DNA from: Lingula anatina
Lineage: Eukaryota > Animalia > Brachiopoda
DNA: 64,000 bases
Reading direction: 5' to 3'
NCBI GenBank assembly: GCA_051362555.1
Contig: CM120641.1
Coordinates: 48,118,401-48,182,400 of the forward strand
Shown: one piece after another, positions 1-11,900 of the stretch
How the letters are laid out: each line of letters starts with the position of its first letter
How positions within the stretch are numbered: the first letter of the stretch is position 1
Notes under the pieces: model-generated
Seen by the model: the letters and a program-made list of their open reading frames with translations, nothing else
The model's database searches: none
Told to the model about the DNA's origin: nothing
Made by a program: the position numbers and the translations under genes

Positions 1-427
1 TTTTGTTCAGTGTGACCGTAACTGCACAGGCCTTGCGACCTCAAAGAGACCAAGTATTTGAACAAGAAAATATTAAAGAGTATTATGAGATTAACAAGGA
101 TTAAAACGTATGCAAGTTTATGTTTTTATTGCAGCACTGGTTTCGTTAGGTGAGAGTGTAGTCTTTTCAAAAGTTCACAAAACATTGTTGGTTCTATTTT
201 TAGGAAGGAAATGAAAACTTCCTGATTTCCAAGTCGAAGTTCTTTCATCAAATGTTTGTAATCGCCTTACAAGGGGCGTCTTGCAATCCACGGGTTCACC
301 CAGTATTTTCGAGTTTTTTTACTCGTTTTACTTCTTAGGTAAACAAAGTCAATGATTTATGAAGAGGAGTCGTTTTACTAGAAAATTTTTGTCTTTTGAG
401 TGGGGAATTTATGGGAAAGCAGCTACT

Positions 428-768
428 GTCACAAGTTGGCAACATATATATCCTGTGCGACCTTGCTGCTACCAGTTGACAAGCGATTGCTACAGTCCTG
501 CAACCGGTTTTCGGTCACCAAGTGGTTGCAGACAGGTTGTGTATCGCTCGGCAAACAGTGTGCGCCTGGTAACCTATAACTTGAAGATGGTCTATAAGAG
601 GTTGCAGATACCATACTGCAACCTTGTTGCAACCGGTTTGCGACTGCTTGCCGATCAAAATTGGCCACAGCTTCTTAATTAGCTTGCAAAGTGATCGCAA
701 GCGACCGCCAGATTTTGTGGTTGCAAAAAGGTTGCAAAAAGGTCGCAAGCGCAGTGTGACCTGGCCTT
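428..768. repeat. Degenerate palindromic element rich in GGTTGCA/TGCAACC units
   Basis: Many inverted GGTTGCA/TGCAACC/GGTCGCAA motifs ending in AGTGTGACCTGGCCT; probably a MITE remnant. Confidence 0.45.
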
Positions 769-1362
769 TACGTACAGTGAGCATAGATTGAGAAAATATT
801 AAAAAGCCTCGATGCGGGTGTCTGGTTATAAAATCTATGGCCTATGTATGGTGCTCAAAACAGTAGTGCGTGCATTTTGTGCTAGACCCAACCAGTGAAA
901 GGTAGGTCATAGTGCTTTTTGAACTGGGGAATATAATATGTAATCTAAAGCTTTAAGTGTGAATTTAGTAAAGCAACAAAAAAGGTGAGACCTGGGCAAT
1001 AAATTAGCAAAAGAAAGATAATAACTATCATTTACATTGTGGAGCACATTCTTCTTTGTATTCAGTCTTGTCGACGTGGGTAAACCTGTACCTGCTGTCT
1101 CCTCTTGCCGCCCCTATATTAAGCCACTAAATGAGCATATTTCCTCATTGAGGTTGAAATAGAGGTGGGAAAGGTTTCTTGGTGTACTTGTACAGCTTGG
1201 AAATAATAACGATTTCCAAGTGTACAGGTACCCCCTCAAATCCAATGTTCACTTTTATTTCCACAAAGCTAAAGAATGTCCATTAATTTGAAAAGACACC
1301 ACCAAATATCACAAAATTTTCACATAATTAGCATTAGGATGTGCTCGGTAAAGGATACGTGT

Positions 1363-1533
1363 CAGGCCCGTAGCCAGCAATTTCAAATGGGGGGTTCTTT
1401 TTCTGAAAAAGTGGACCTTTTTCAATAAAAAATTCATGAACCTAGATCATATTTTACCCAGAGTGGACCTTTTCCCAGCAAAAGGGGCGGTTCTTTCGAA
1501 CCCTCCGAACCCCCACCCCCGGCTACGGGCCTG
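1363..1533. mobile_element. MITE with CAG..CTG termini and 5-bp TSD
   Basis: TIR CAGGCCCGTAGCC / GGCTACGGGCCTG; CGTGT duplicated at 1358-1362 and 1534-1538. Confidence 0.8.
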
Positions 1534-3140
1534 CGTGTTTAATAGCGTGTGTCTACCGCGTACCGAAATTTCATCCTGTAGGCGGCGCGACAAGCCTTTG
1601 TATTATCTGAACCATTAATTATGTTGTATACGGTATCTGGAAAAACACTATCTATAACAATGTCTGTAACACTGTCTACAAACCTGTTTATTTGTAAATA
1701 AAGAACATGGAATTGGGGGTAGGACAACCTTTTTGATCAGTGTTCTTTTTTTGCACCTAGTAACGTCTTTGAAGATCTGATAGTGCTCAATTTTTGTATG
1801 GTCTATTTTTGAGATCGACGCGGAGTATATGTTACTTTTGAAAGCTAGCGTTAGGAGCTAAAATTGCGTTTTCTTTTATCAGATAATTTAAATAAGGACT
1901 TAGTTTTAAGATCTATAAAGCCCCCCCTGTGTTCGTTGTTTGAATAACCGTGGATTCGAGCTTTAAGCCCTCATCGTTGGGGAGCTTATACAAATCAATT
2001 AGATATGGGTCACTATAACGATCAAAGATCGTGTTGCCGGAGACCTATTTGAAACTCATATCTTAATATTGTCCAATATACCACAGATTGCTCACTGAGA
2101 TAATTTTTTTATATGATTTTAATGGTATATGAATGAATGCTGGCAAATTAAATTTTAGATAATTGTACTGGCGGCGTTAGAATCGACAGGAGACACTTCT
2201 TTTCTGGGGATTTTGAAAGAGCCAGGTATGTGTAAGAAGTTACAATGTACCACAAATTCCACTAAATAAATTTTATTTGAAATGGTATAATCACTTTTAA
2301 TGATAGTAAACTGTCTTTAAAGTCAAACACCCTGTAGATTTCACCGCAAGCAGCACGTTGAAAGAGGTAGAAGTGACTGCTAAAATAAAAAAACACTGTT
2401 TAGAACAATTTAAACAGTGAGGTGATTATTTGTAAATAAAGCACATGGAATTGGGTGTGGGACAACCTTTTTGGCCAATGTTGTATTTTTATGTCTAATA
2501 AGGATCACTTGCACCAATAGTTAGAATAATGGGGGAGTTATGTATTAGCGTTGTTCACATAGAGTAGGCAAGTAGGTCTATTCATAATTATTTCACCGTC
2601 CAAAGAGAGATGAAGGTGACTAAGGTGGTTCATTGTCTCCATAATCGAATATTCTGGCTCTTCAGTCTAGCTTGACAGAAAACTGTTAGCTCACATTGTA
2701 ACTGAACTCACTGTAAAATGTACCAATCTCAGTATTAACATTAGAAATGGATTCTACAATCCCTAAAACATAAGAAAAGACATATGACACACTACAGTAC
2801 CTGAAGTTGTTGTTTTGGCTGCCATTTTGAAAATTACCTACCTAAATAATTTTTGTAGAAAAATGATTATCATATTTGTATTAAGCATAAAATTTCGCCT
2901 CGAAAAACAGCTGTTATGGAAAAAATTTTAGATGTACCCTACCTTAATATTGTCATCTTTGTCAACTTTCACAGAGAGTTCGATGAGCTGAGGGATTTGT
3001 CATCCTCGTTGTGTCTCGTTCCCTTATACCGTGTGAGAAGAGACAATTAACTGCTTCGTGCTGCCAGTCTCGAAGTTTACTTCAATCTGCTTTCTGGGGC
3101 TCTCTTAGTTTGCTTGATTGCACTACCAATCACTGCTTAA

Positions 3141-3498
3141 AGGGATAATAATTCTTCGTATCAGATCTATATTTCACAATAAAAACAATGTGAATAACTC
3201 TAGAAATATAATATATTTTGTTTTACCACAAAAACGGCAGTTATAGCTATTATTCTGATATCTGAGCTTGTCTTTAGACCACGTGACCTCCATTGATGGC
3301 TATACTCTGTTAAAATCTCTTAAGATTTTAAGATCTTCTTAAGAGATTTTAACAAAAAAACAAACTTTTTAGAAAAAACCAGGGACTAACTCTGAATGTA
3401 AAAATGGATTCATTAACCATTGTTAAGTATGGGAAAATTGTTGTTTACTCCAGGAAAATTCATTTTTTTTTTGGCCAAAACGAAGAGTTATTATCGCT
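3141..3498. mobile_element. Kolobok-like MITE (TTAA target, AG..CT termini)
   Basis: TTAA|AGGGATAATAATTCTTCG ... CGAAGAGTTATTATCGCT|TTAC; highly similar to 41562-41891. Confidence 0.7.
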
Positions 3499-3850
3499 TT
3501 ACTCTCCGAATTTTTTCAGGGTGTTGATCTTTCTCACCTTAGGGTGATTGAACACCTTTATTGTTTTAAAAATTGATAAATTGTCGGTAGTTAGGCAATG
3601 ACTTTTCATGTTGGCCTTATTAAAATCACCAAGAACAATGATTAGCAAGTAAGGGTCAGAGGAAAGGCAATTTAAGCTATTATAATATTGTGCCTATATG
3701 TAATTAGGCTCACTCGCTCCAATAGTTAGAATACACGTGTATTAACGTGGCCCAGAAAGAGTTAGACAGGTATTCATAATTATTTCAACGTCCGAAGAAA
3801 GGGTAATTTGCTTTCATATATATTATTTAGGTGACAGATTTTCGACAGCT

Positions 3851-4963
3851 ATGTGGACTTCTAAGATAGTCAAATACATGGCCCTGTCAACCCTTTTGAT
3901 TGGTTCTGTGTGGCAGATTCTATGGATAAAACAAATGATGAGTAAGTCTTCTTTACTGAACTTTATCGCTGTCAAAGAAGCCAGTCAGCAAAACCCGACA
4001 AGATCGCCTCCTAGGATTGGCACCGAGTACGATGACTTGCCAGAGTCCGTAGAGTTCACATTGGAGCTTAGGTACGCAGTTGTCCGACCGAGGAATAACA
4101 GTCTGACAACTGGGAAGCGTTTTGTGTATCTCATTGAAGGTCCAACGAAGGGCATCATCGAAGGATTAGAAGAAACAAAGGAACGCGACGTCATTTGGAT
4201 GACGTTTTCAGATAGGTCGGGAGAAATATACGCCCCGAATACGTCTGTTGGTTCCGGTAGAAGTGCTCTTCTTCAGCACGCGGTGAATTTAGCGGCCCAA
4301 ATGAAAGACGGGGGTTATCTCTACTATATATTCATGGACGACGACGACTTGAAGCTATCGCTTCGTACTGATGGACAGGTCAATTGGAAACCTTGGCCCA
4401 ATATGGCTGCAAATCCCTTTCAGCGGTTCGAGGAGTTTCTTATGTATTACCAACCTGCTGTGGGTTACGTACGTTACCGAGACATGGTTAGACAATTTGT
4501 CAATGAAAACCAACCCGTAAACTTGAACTGGGATTTTGATGAGTGTTTCAACGCTTTCCACAGAGATACCCTGTCGTTCCTCATACCGTATGATATGCAC
4601 CTAGACTATGAATCCTGGTTTCATGGTGCCTGGATGACTCGTCAGTTGATCTCGATGTTGTATCATGGTTATTGCATTCAGTGCAACTCACTCCACGTCA
4701 CAAATCGTGTATCACACAAAACTGTTTCGCGTTCGACTGGAAAATACAAGGCTCATTTTAATTACGAAATGCCGCGGAACTACATTTTGTCAGCTTTGCT
4801 GGTGGAAATAAAAGCCACCCCAGCCAAAACCAACCCGTTAATCGAGGCTGTTTTGAAAGGAACATCTTCGCGCCAAAGATCAGGTACTCTACAGCCGCGT
4901 CCAAAGGTCAAAATTCCAGGGGAACCAAAACGAAAAGGTGACCATTCGAAAAGGTGGCCTTAA
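3851..4963 (+). CDS. Intronless 370-aa type II membrane protein, putative GT-A fold glycosyltransferase-like (uncharacterised family)
   Basis: Long ORF in GC-richer sequence. N-terminal hydrophobic anchor (YMALSTLLIGSVWQILWI) is followed by a stem and a beta-strand/acidic motif YLYYIFMDDDD (DxD-like), plus PAVG, FDECFNAFH and IPYD..SW blocks. A candidate acceptor (attatttag|G, ~3830) precedes the ATG, suggesting a 5'UTR intron. Function is inferred only. Confidence 0.75.
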   Translation: MWTSKIVKYMALSTLLIGSVWQILWIKQMMSKSSLLNFIAVKEASQQNPTRSPPRIGTEYDDLPESVEFTLELRYAVVRPRNNSLTTGKRFVYLIEGPTKGIIEGLEETKERDVIWMTFSDRSGEIYAPNTSVGSGRSALLQHAVNLAAQMKDGGYLYYIFMDDDDLKLSLRTDGQVNWKPWPNMAANPFQRFEEFLMYYQPAVGYVRYRDMVRQFVNENQPVNLNWDFDECFNAFHRDTLSFLIPYDMHLDYESWFHGAWMTRQLISMLYHGYCIQCNSLHVTNRVSHKTVSRSTGKYKAHFNYEMPRNYILSALLVEIKATPAKTNPLIEAVLKGTSSRQRSGTLQPRPKVKIPGEPKRKGDHSKRWP

Positions 4964-5258
4964 ATATTGGGACCATACCCATCCCATGATTCAAAAGAAA
5001 TTAACTTAGTTGCAGAAACCCGAAATACGCAAAATCCTCGGGTTAGATAGCCGTCGTCTGCAAACTTTCAAACCCAGCACTTTGTACTGTGTCGCACCAA
5101 ATGAATTCTCGCTGTTTATTGGACAATGACAATGTTTAATATCTTGATTTTCTAACGCATTTCAGCATTGGTTTTCCTTAAAAATATTTAGTTGATCGAT
5201 ATAAATGCATATTTAACGAAATTTATTAATCCGAAAAAAAAGATCAACACTGTTTTCT

Positions 5259-5730
5259 AACTAGAGGATCAGAGAGGTGATACCGCCTCCGGATATTGTA
5301 CCACCAGCTGGAGTAAGCGCATTCGTATGGAAAACCCCCCAAAAAAGGGACACCACCTCCAGTCTTGTGCTTAACAAGCTCTATAAAATGCAATCAACAA
5401 GAGTGATCAAAATATGTAAAAAATGCAAAAAAATGCAAAAAAAAAAACAACTAAAAATGGTCCAATCATGCAGATTTTTTCCTAACATTGATCACTCCTG
5501 TGATTTTTTAGACAATAGACCTATTGTTTTTCCTTGAAATGTGTTATCATTGTTGCATTTGTAGTATGGGGGCAACACTATGGGTATATCTCTGCTAGTT
5601 TTTAAAGATATGAGGGTCAAGAAAATATGCAATATTCAGTTCTTGGTGAAAAAGTAGGTCAAAAGTTAATTTCAAGGTCACAGTATATGTATGCTCAAGG
5701 TCATAGATAGATTGCCAGTATATGACTATA
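5259..5730 (+). mobile_element. 5' portion of the same Helentron/HINE-like family
   Basis: Starts AACTAGAGG. Contains ATTGTACCACCAGC, the reverse complement of the 43010-43024 terminal sequence, and one copy of the AGGTCAA..CAAGGTCACAG repeat. Confidence 0.45.
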
Positions 5731-5977
5731 CCTGAAGCTGACAAACGATAATTAATTACCCCCTAGCAGCTTCAGTAGGCGTGACAGACATCTAAGCCGC
5801 TTAAATTGATTGCAATTTAGCGAGAATCCCCTCAGAGATAGACTGATCCACAGTTAATACGATAGTGTCTGGGAATGGTACCATAGTTTGGGTATGCAAT
5901 ATAAATGTGAAATCGTATTTGGTTTTGCATGACGTGTAATCTGTTATACATAATCACATGTCAGCTCAGTTAATTCA

Positions 5978-8900
5978 TTAAATGGTTATAAAATAAAACA
6001 GGACTAATATGCCCCCAAACACCAAGGTCTTGAAGCCTGCCCCTATGGTATTTGAAGCGGACGTTGGCCGCAGTACCTTGGAGGCGAACTGACATTCTGC
6101 TGAATCGATGTCATCCAAACACAAAATGTGCCTCAGTGCGCTGGAAATTAAATAAATGTATTTTTTTAATTATAGTAAGGAGCTAAAAGATTGCATTGAC
6201 TTTCGTTAAATATCAAAAATAATTAAATAATGACCTGTTTAAGACCTGCAAAGCGTTTCTTTTTCTTCATTGTTTTAATCGGCTCGCTTTACCTTGGGTC
6301 ATCGGTGCAGTCACATTCGAAACCAAGTTCTTCTAAACGTTTTTTAAGGAGAGGAATGCTTCCATTGTTACACGTTTCCCTGAAATATATTAATGGCTTA
6401 ATACATTTTACGTTTTCGATGAGCTGAGTATGTTTAACACAAAAAGGAAAAACATGTTAATGCCTCCTTTGTATAGTTTTTGAAAAAGTTATTTATGAAA
6501 ATTTGAGTAATGGTATACCAATACGTACTTGTGCGTTTTCCCAACATCATGGAATACCATGAGCTGAAATCGCGTGACTTTCGCCTTCGGAAAGTTTGGA
6601 AGTTCAAAAAGGTTGAAATAGCTGTAAAATAGAGTACTGGGGTAATTTCATGTTTCATGATGCCTTCTGATCATGTTGATAAGTGTCTTTCAGCTTCAGT
6701 GGAAAGCTTTGGTAAACCTTGGATATCTTTTAAATACATTGTATTACTGAAATAAAAAGGGGCTTTTAATTATTACCATCCAACGTCTTTTCTAAGAAAA
6801 GAATACTAAAAGAAATATTTACTGTAGTGTTTTAATGTCTGCTTTGAATCCATGTTATTACACGTGTACCAGTTAGATAAATTGTTGGTAGTACCTTGTT
6901 TCGTTGAAGGCCACATTGGTTCCTGCAGTTGTTCCATTGAGGATCATTTGAATTACCCCAGTGCTTACCTCTGCAAACTTTCGGTAAAATATGCAAATTA
7001 TCCCCATAAACATAATGATATGATCTTAGTGTTCCCAACTGTCTAATAGTGGGAGTATTTATAAATAAAACATAATAAAGTTCAATGAAAAAATATGCGT
7101 AGAATATCATAAGGAAAAATGTATGTTTAGATGGTCCACACTGAAAAAATGATAGGTCAAATTATGCGTTACTTCTGTTGGGAGCAACTTTTTCATTAAA
7201 TGGTTTCTGGTCAGAATTAATCACATTGCAATTTCAGAATAAAAATTAACCCTGGAACCGAAGATAAGGTAGACCTATATTTGTAGGCCTACTGATTCAT
7301 CTTTTTACCTATCAAAACATCGATAAAGAAAGAATCAGTTATCGACGGCAATATAAAACTTATTTTTAAACTACATTTTCTTTTATCAAAATTCCGCAAA
7401 AATGAGAGATTAAAAGAAAAGACCTGTTTTTCTGTAGCTGAAACCAAAACCTCTCACCGCTTTCGACACGGCTGTCCACATTCCGCCATATTGGCCCTGG
7501 AACATGGGACAGTCCTCTTCCAGCGGACAGCTGTCAAAGTTGATGCCTGGCTCCGCCTCCTGACCACACCAGGCGAACACGTGATTACCCAGGTAGCCAG
7601 TCAGGATGTCAGCAGAGGCCACGTATCGACGCCGGCTGCCGCTATAGTCGTGTGTTAGGGTGTACGCCGCCTCCCAAAATACCGCCTACAGAGAAGAACC
7701 AAGTTTGATACAAAAATAAAGTGTTAAGATACTGTTATAGTCCAAGAAATTGGTGCAGAAAAAAGGGTGAATTGTGCGTTTTTTACCTACAAGCATGAAA
7801 TTTGCCACAGTTGTAGATAATGGAATTCTAAGCTTTTTTGGATACATGGGCATGTCTGAAAATTCCAGTATGGCCGCCAAATCCAATATGGCCGCCACAA
7901 ATACTCTTTTAAATTAAAACATCTAATATATAGTCCTAAAATGGTTTAGAATATCATTTTATAGCTGGAAAATATCATGCTATGAATGAATTATCAATAT
8001 CCGCTTCTACAGGTGTATAGAATTCCAAAATGGCCTCCAAAAGTAAAATAAGCAGTTTACTTACGCAAAATATGCAGCAGTTTTGTAAAATCATCAAGCA
8101 CTTACAATTACAAGCATAAAAATTGGCACAGTTATGTAGAACATGATTCTAAGCAACGTTGGATATAGGGGCATGTCTGAAAATTCCAATATGGCAGCCA
8201 ATTTCAATATTGCCCCCAAAATACCCTTTCAAGGTGAAAGTTATTTGTACAGTATTTTATAAAAATATCATTTAATGGTTAGAAAATACCATTGTATGTA
8301 TGAAGTATCAGTATCTGCCAGTTAAGGTTTTAAAATTCCAAAATGGCCTCCAAAAGTCAGCAGACCACAACTATTGAATTGTAATCACTCGGGAATAGGC
8401 ATGTGGGCTTTGCAAAATACCTGTACAATCAGCATATTCCTACCTGTGCAGGAGCTATTCTACAGAGTTTTTAAAAAACCATCAAGCATGATACATTTAT
8501 TATGTACTGAAAAAAGTCCTTCTTTTGATAAACCAACATAAGTAGTTTGACTTTTTGCTCTGGATTCTCATTTAGATCAATTCCCAGTTGGCAATCTTCT
8601 TATATGGCACTCATGAGTGACTCCCCCTTTCTAAGAAAAAAAGTATCGTGCAAAATCCATAAAATGTGAAAGAAACACCAGAATAACTTAGCCTTAAAGA
8701 GGCAAATATAAAAAAAAAACTTGGGGTGTACCAATTTTGTCTCTTGGTTATGATTCTTCAGCTAGATCAGTGCATGGCGCTTCATCAAATGCTCATAAAT
8801 ATAACAAAAATGACAGCTAATCAAACATACAGGTCTCAACAATTTGGTGTTTTTCATTGGTAAAGTACTAAAAGCAGCGCACATTTGCACTCGATAATGT

Positions 8901-11900
8901 TATGATGTTATCTTGTGCTTCAAAAGTAAATTAGAAAAGCTTCTTATTTAAAAAATTGGCTTTAGTACATTCGCAGTAATGGCTACCTAGAATTTAGTGA
9001 AAATTTATGAGCAAAGAAATACCTGTACCCCAAACAGAGGGCAGGTGTTGATACGTGCTGTATCCAAGAGTTGCATTGCAGACTTCACACTTCGTGCACA
9101 AAAAAAGAAGCACTGATCTATAGGCGCCAAACTTTGGTTTTCATTTGATCATTTGGCAACTTGTTTAGTTACAAACTTATACTTTCAAAAAACTGAACAT
9201 GAAAATAAAAGAATTAAAATCCTCCAGACAGTTAATACATACAAAACTTCAAAAAACGATGTATTCTGAGGATTACACCAAGAAATTAGTGCAATATGGA
9301 CTTTGAAAGGTACAAATTCATGAGATTTCCGGCATCATTGTCTCTGTGGGACAATCCAGAATGAAGCCACGAGGAGTATTCACTTACCCAGCTATCAAAA
9401 TCTACCAGGTAGCTCCTACCACATCTGTTTGTAGTTATGTGTGCAGTTGCTAACTGTGGTGAGGGGAGTCAGAAGCATTGGAAGACTGGTGCTATAAGGG
9501 TTCACACTAGTAACCTACATCTACTAATATGCCCTTCCACACTTTCATGTTCCTATGGACCGTCATGCATGTAAACTGAGTTAGAAGCATTGGAAGACTG
9601 GTCCTATAAGGGTTCACACTAGTAACCTACATCTACTACTATGCCCTACCACACTTTCATATTCCTATTGACCCTCATGCATGTAAACTGATGCTTTTTG
9701 GTGTTAAAAAAGACCAATGCCTCTTGGTATTTTGTTGGGGAAAGTGGATTACATGTAGAAGCTTTAGCTTTAAGGAAATACTGGGAAAACTGAGGGAAAC
9801 ACAACTACTAGTAAAGCTAGGCACACATTAATGAATGAAAAATATTTAACCAAATAAGTAGAAATTTCGGTGTAGCTAGCTGTTATCCTCTGTTCAGATA
9901 GTGTCCATTTACTAAAGTAAAAGGTTGACCGCCCATAAAATGTGCAACACTTACTTGATAAAATAACTTTCGTTAATTTGAAACTTACTTGTGAAAATAC
10001 CTTGACATTTTCATATCCTTGACATTTATAGAATTGCTGCATGTGGTGTCACAACTAGACCAAAAGGAGTCCTGTTCCATTTTTTATGGTCATTTGGGTC
10101 TAAATGTAACTAAAGGAGCGAAAAACCAAAAAAGAGTAAAGACTGTTGTCAGTCAGATTATATAGTAGTCTTTTTTTACTTTAAAGGGGTTTTAGTGGCC
10201 ATATTAGAATATTCAGACATGTCCCTATATAACAAATTGCTTAGAATCCTGTTCTGTACAATTGAGCCAATTTTCATGCTTGTAGTTTTAAGTGCATGAT
10301 GAATTCACCATACTGCTGCTGTGAGTGGCCTGTTTTTCTTATTTTTGGAGGCCATTTTGGATTTCTATACACTTAAAGAATCAAATATTGATACTTCATG
10401 CACACCATAGTCTTGTCTAACCATAAAATGTTATCTTAAGTTATTATATGATTATATATACTTGAAGTTTTAATTTGAACGGGTATTTGTGTCGGCTATA
10501 TTGGATTTGGGGGCCATATATTGAAATTTTTAGACATGCTCATACATCCAAAAGTACTTGGAATCCTGTTTTACAACTGTACCAAATGCCATGTTTGTAG
10601 TTTTTGATGAATTAACCACTCTGCTGGATATCTTGGATTAGTAGAGTGCTTTTTACTATTGGCGGCCATTTTGGATTTAATACACCTAAAAAAGCAAATA
10701 TTGATTCTGAATTCATACTGTGGTGTTTTTTAACCTTTGTATGATATTTACGCCCTTAAAAGACTATATACTTGAAGTTTTAATTAGAAGCCGTATTTTT
10801 GGAGGCCATCTTGGATTTGAAGGCCATTTTTAAAATTTTGGATATGCCCATACATCCAAACTTGCTCAGAATTTCATTTTCCACAAACCTGCCAAATTTT
10901 ATGCTTGTAGTTTTAAGTGCTTGATGAATTCCCCATTCAAATGGATATCTTGAATAAATGGTCTGTTTTTTTACTTTTGGCGGCCATTTTGGATTTAATA
11001 CACCTGAAGGATTCATACCATGGTGTCTTCTAACCTTTATATGATATTTTAAGTCATTAGAAGACTATGTACTTGAAGTTTTAATTTGAAAAGGTATTTT
11101 GGTGGCCATATTAGATTTGACGGCCATTTTGGAATTTTCAGACATGCCCATATATCCAAATTTGCTTAGAATTTTATTGTCCATAAGTGTGCCAAATTTC
11201 ATGCTTGTAGGTAAAAAATGCACAATTTTTCACCAATTTCCTGGACTATTAATGACCTTTCGCGTTATGATTGTTTATAAACAAAACAGTTGAAAGTGCA
11301 GTTCGTTTATTGTGATAAGAAGGCAATGAAGTGCTAAATAGTATTCGTTTTTCGACATGACTTATTGTAAGAATCTTTTCAGCTTCAGTGGTTGTTTTAA
11401 CAAACACTTAATACGCACCTTGTCTGTAGGGACCTCCCCAGGAACAGTGGCTGCTTTAACAAACGGTTCATAGTCCGCCATTGTGACGTTACACGGGTCT
11501 TTGTACATCCAAGCACGGGAAAATTTCTCCCAAAGATCTGTGCAGTTCTGCTGACTATGATTAGAAAATATTACTCTTCACCTGTGAGTTTTTGGCGAAA
11601 GTAATTCAGATAATTAAAAACTGATTTTGTTCATTTTTTTATTGATGGAAAAAGGGTATTCGACATTGTTGTTTAGGAGTGCATTAAGAACTGATGATCC
11701 GCGGACAAACTGATTCGCCGACTAAATATGGCCGACCCCACTAAAAACCAATGCTGGTAGTTTCTTGATGGCTTCTGCATCATTAAACGGATTAAATATT
11801 GGTTCTGAGGCTGAATTGCTAGGTCCCTGCAGCAACGACCCGTGTGGAGGCGGCGAGACCATCTGGGGATTAGTTGGCGCTGCTTTTAAGTGAGTCGACC

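Noticed and set aside
6633-6966. 14/15-nt inverted match between cyclase exon 4 (AATTACCCCAGTGCT) and the following intron (AGTACTGGGGTAATT), a possible editing-complementary sequence
   Set aside because: Too short to separate from chance without folding or editing data.
8400-9470. Possible transposase remnants inside the Academ-like element
   Set aside because: I could not reconstruct a convincing reading frame or motif by eye; this needs a translated HMM search.
11386-11464. 18/20-nt direct copy of cyclase exon 2 sequence in the adjacent intron
   Set aside because: It does not include a splice site and is too short to support a functional claim.
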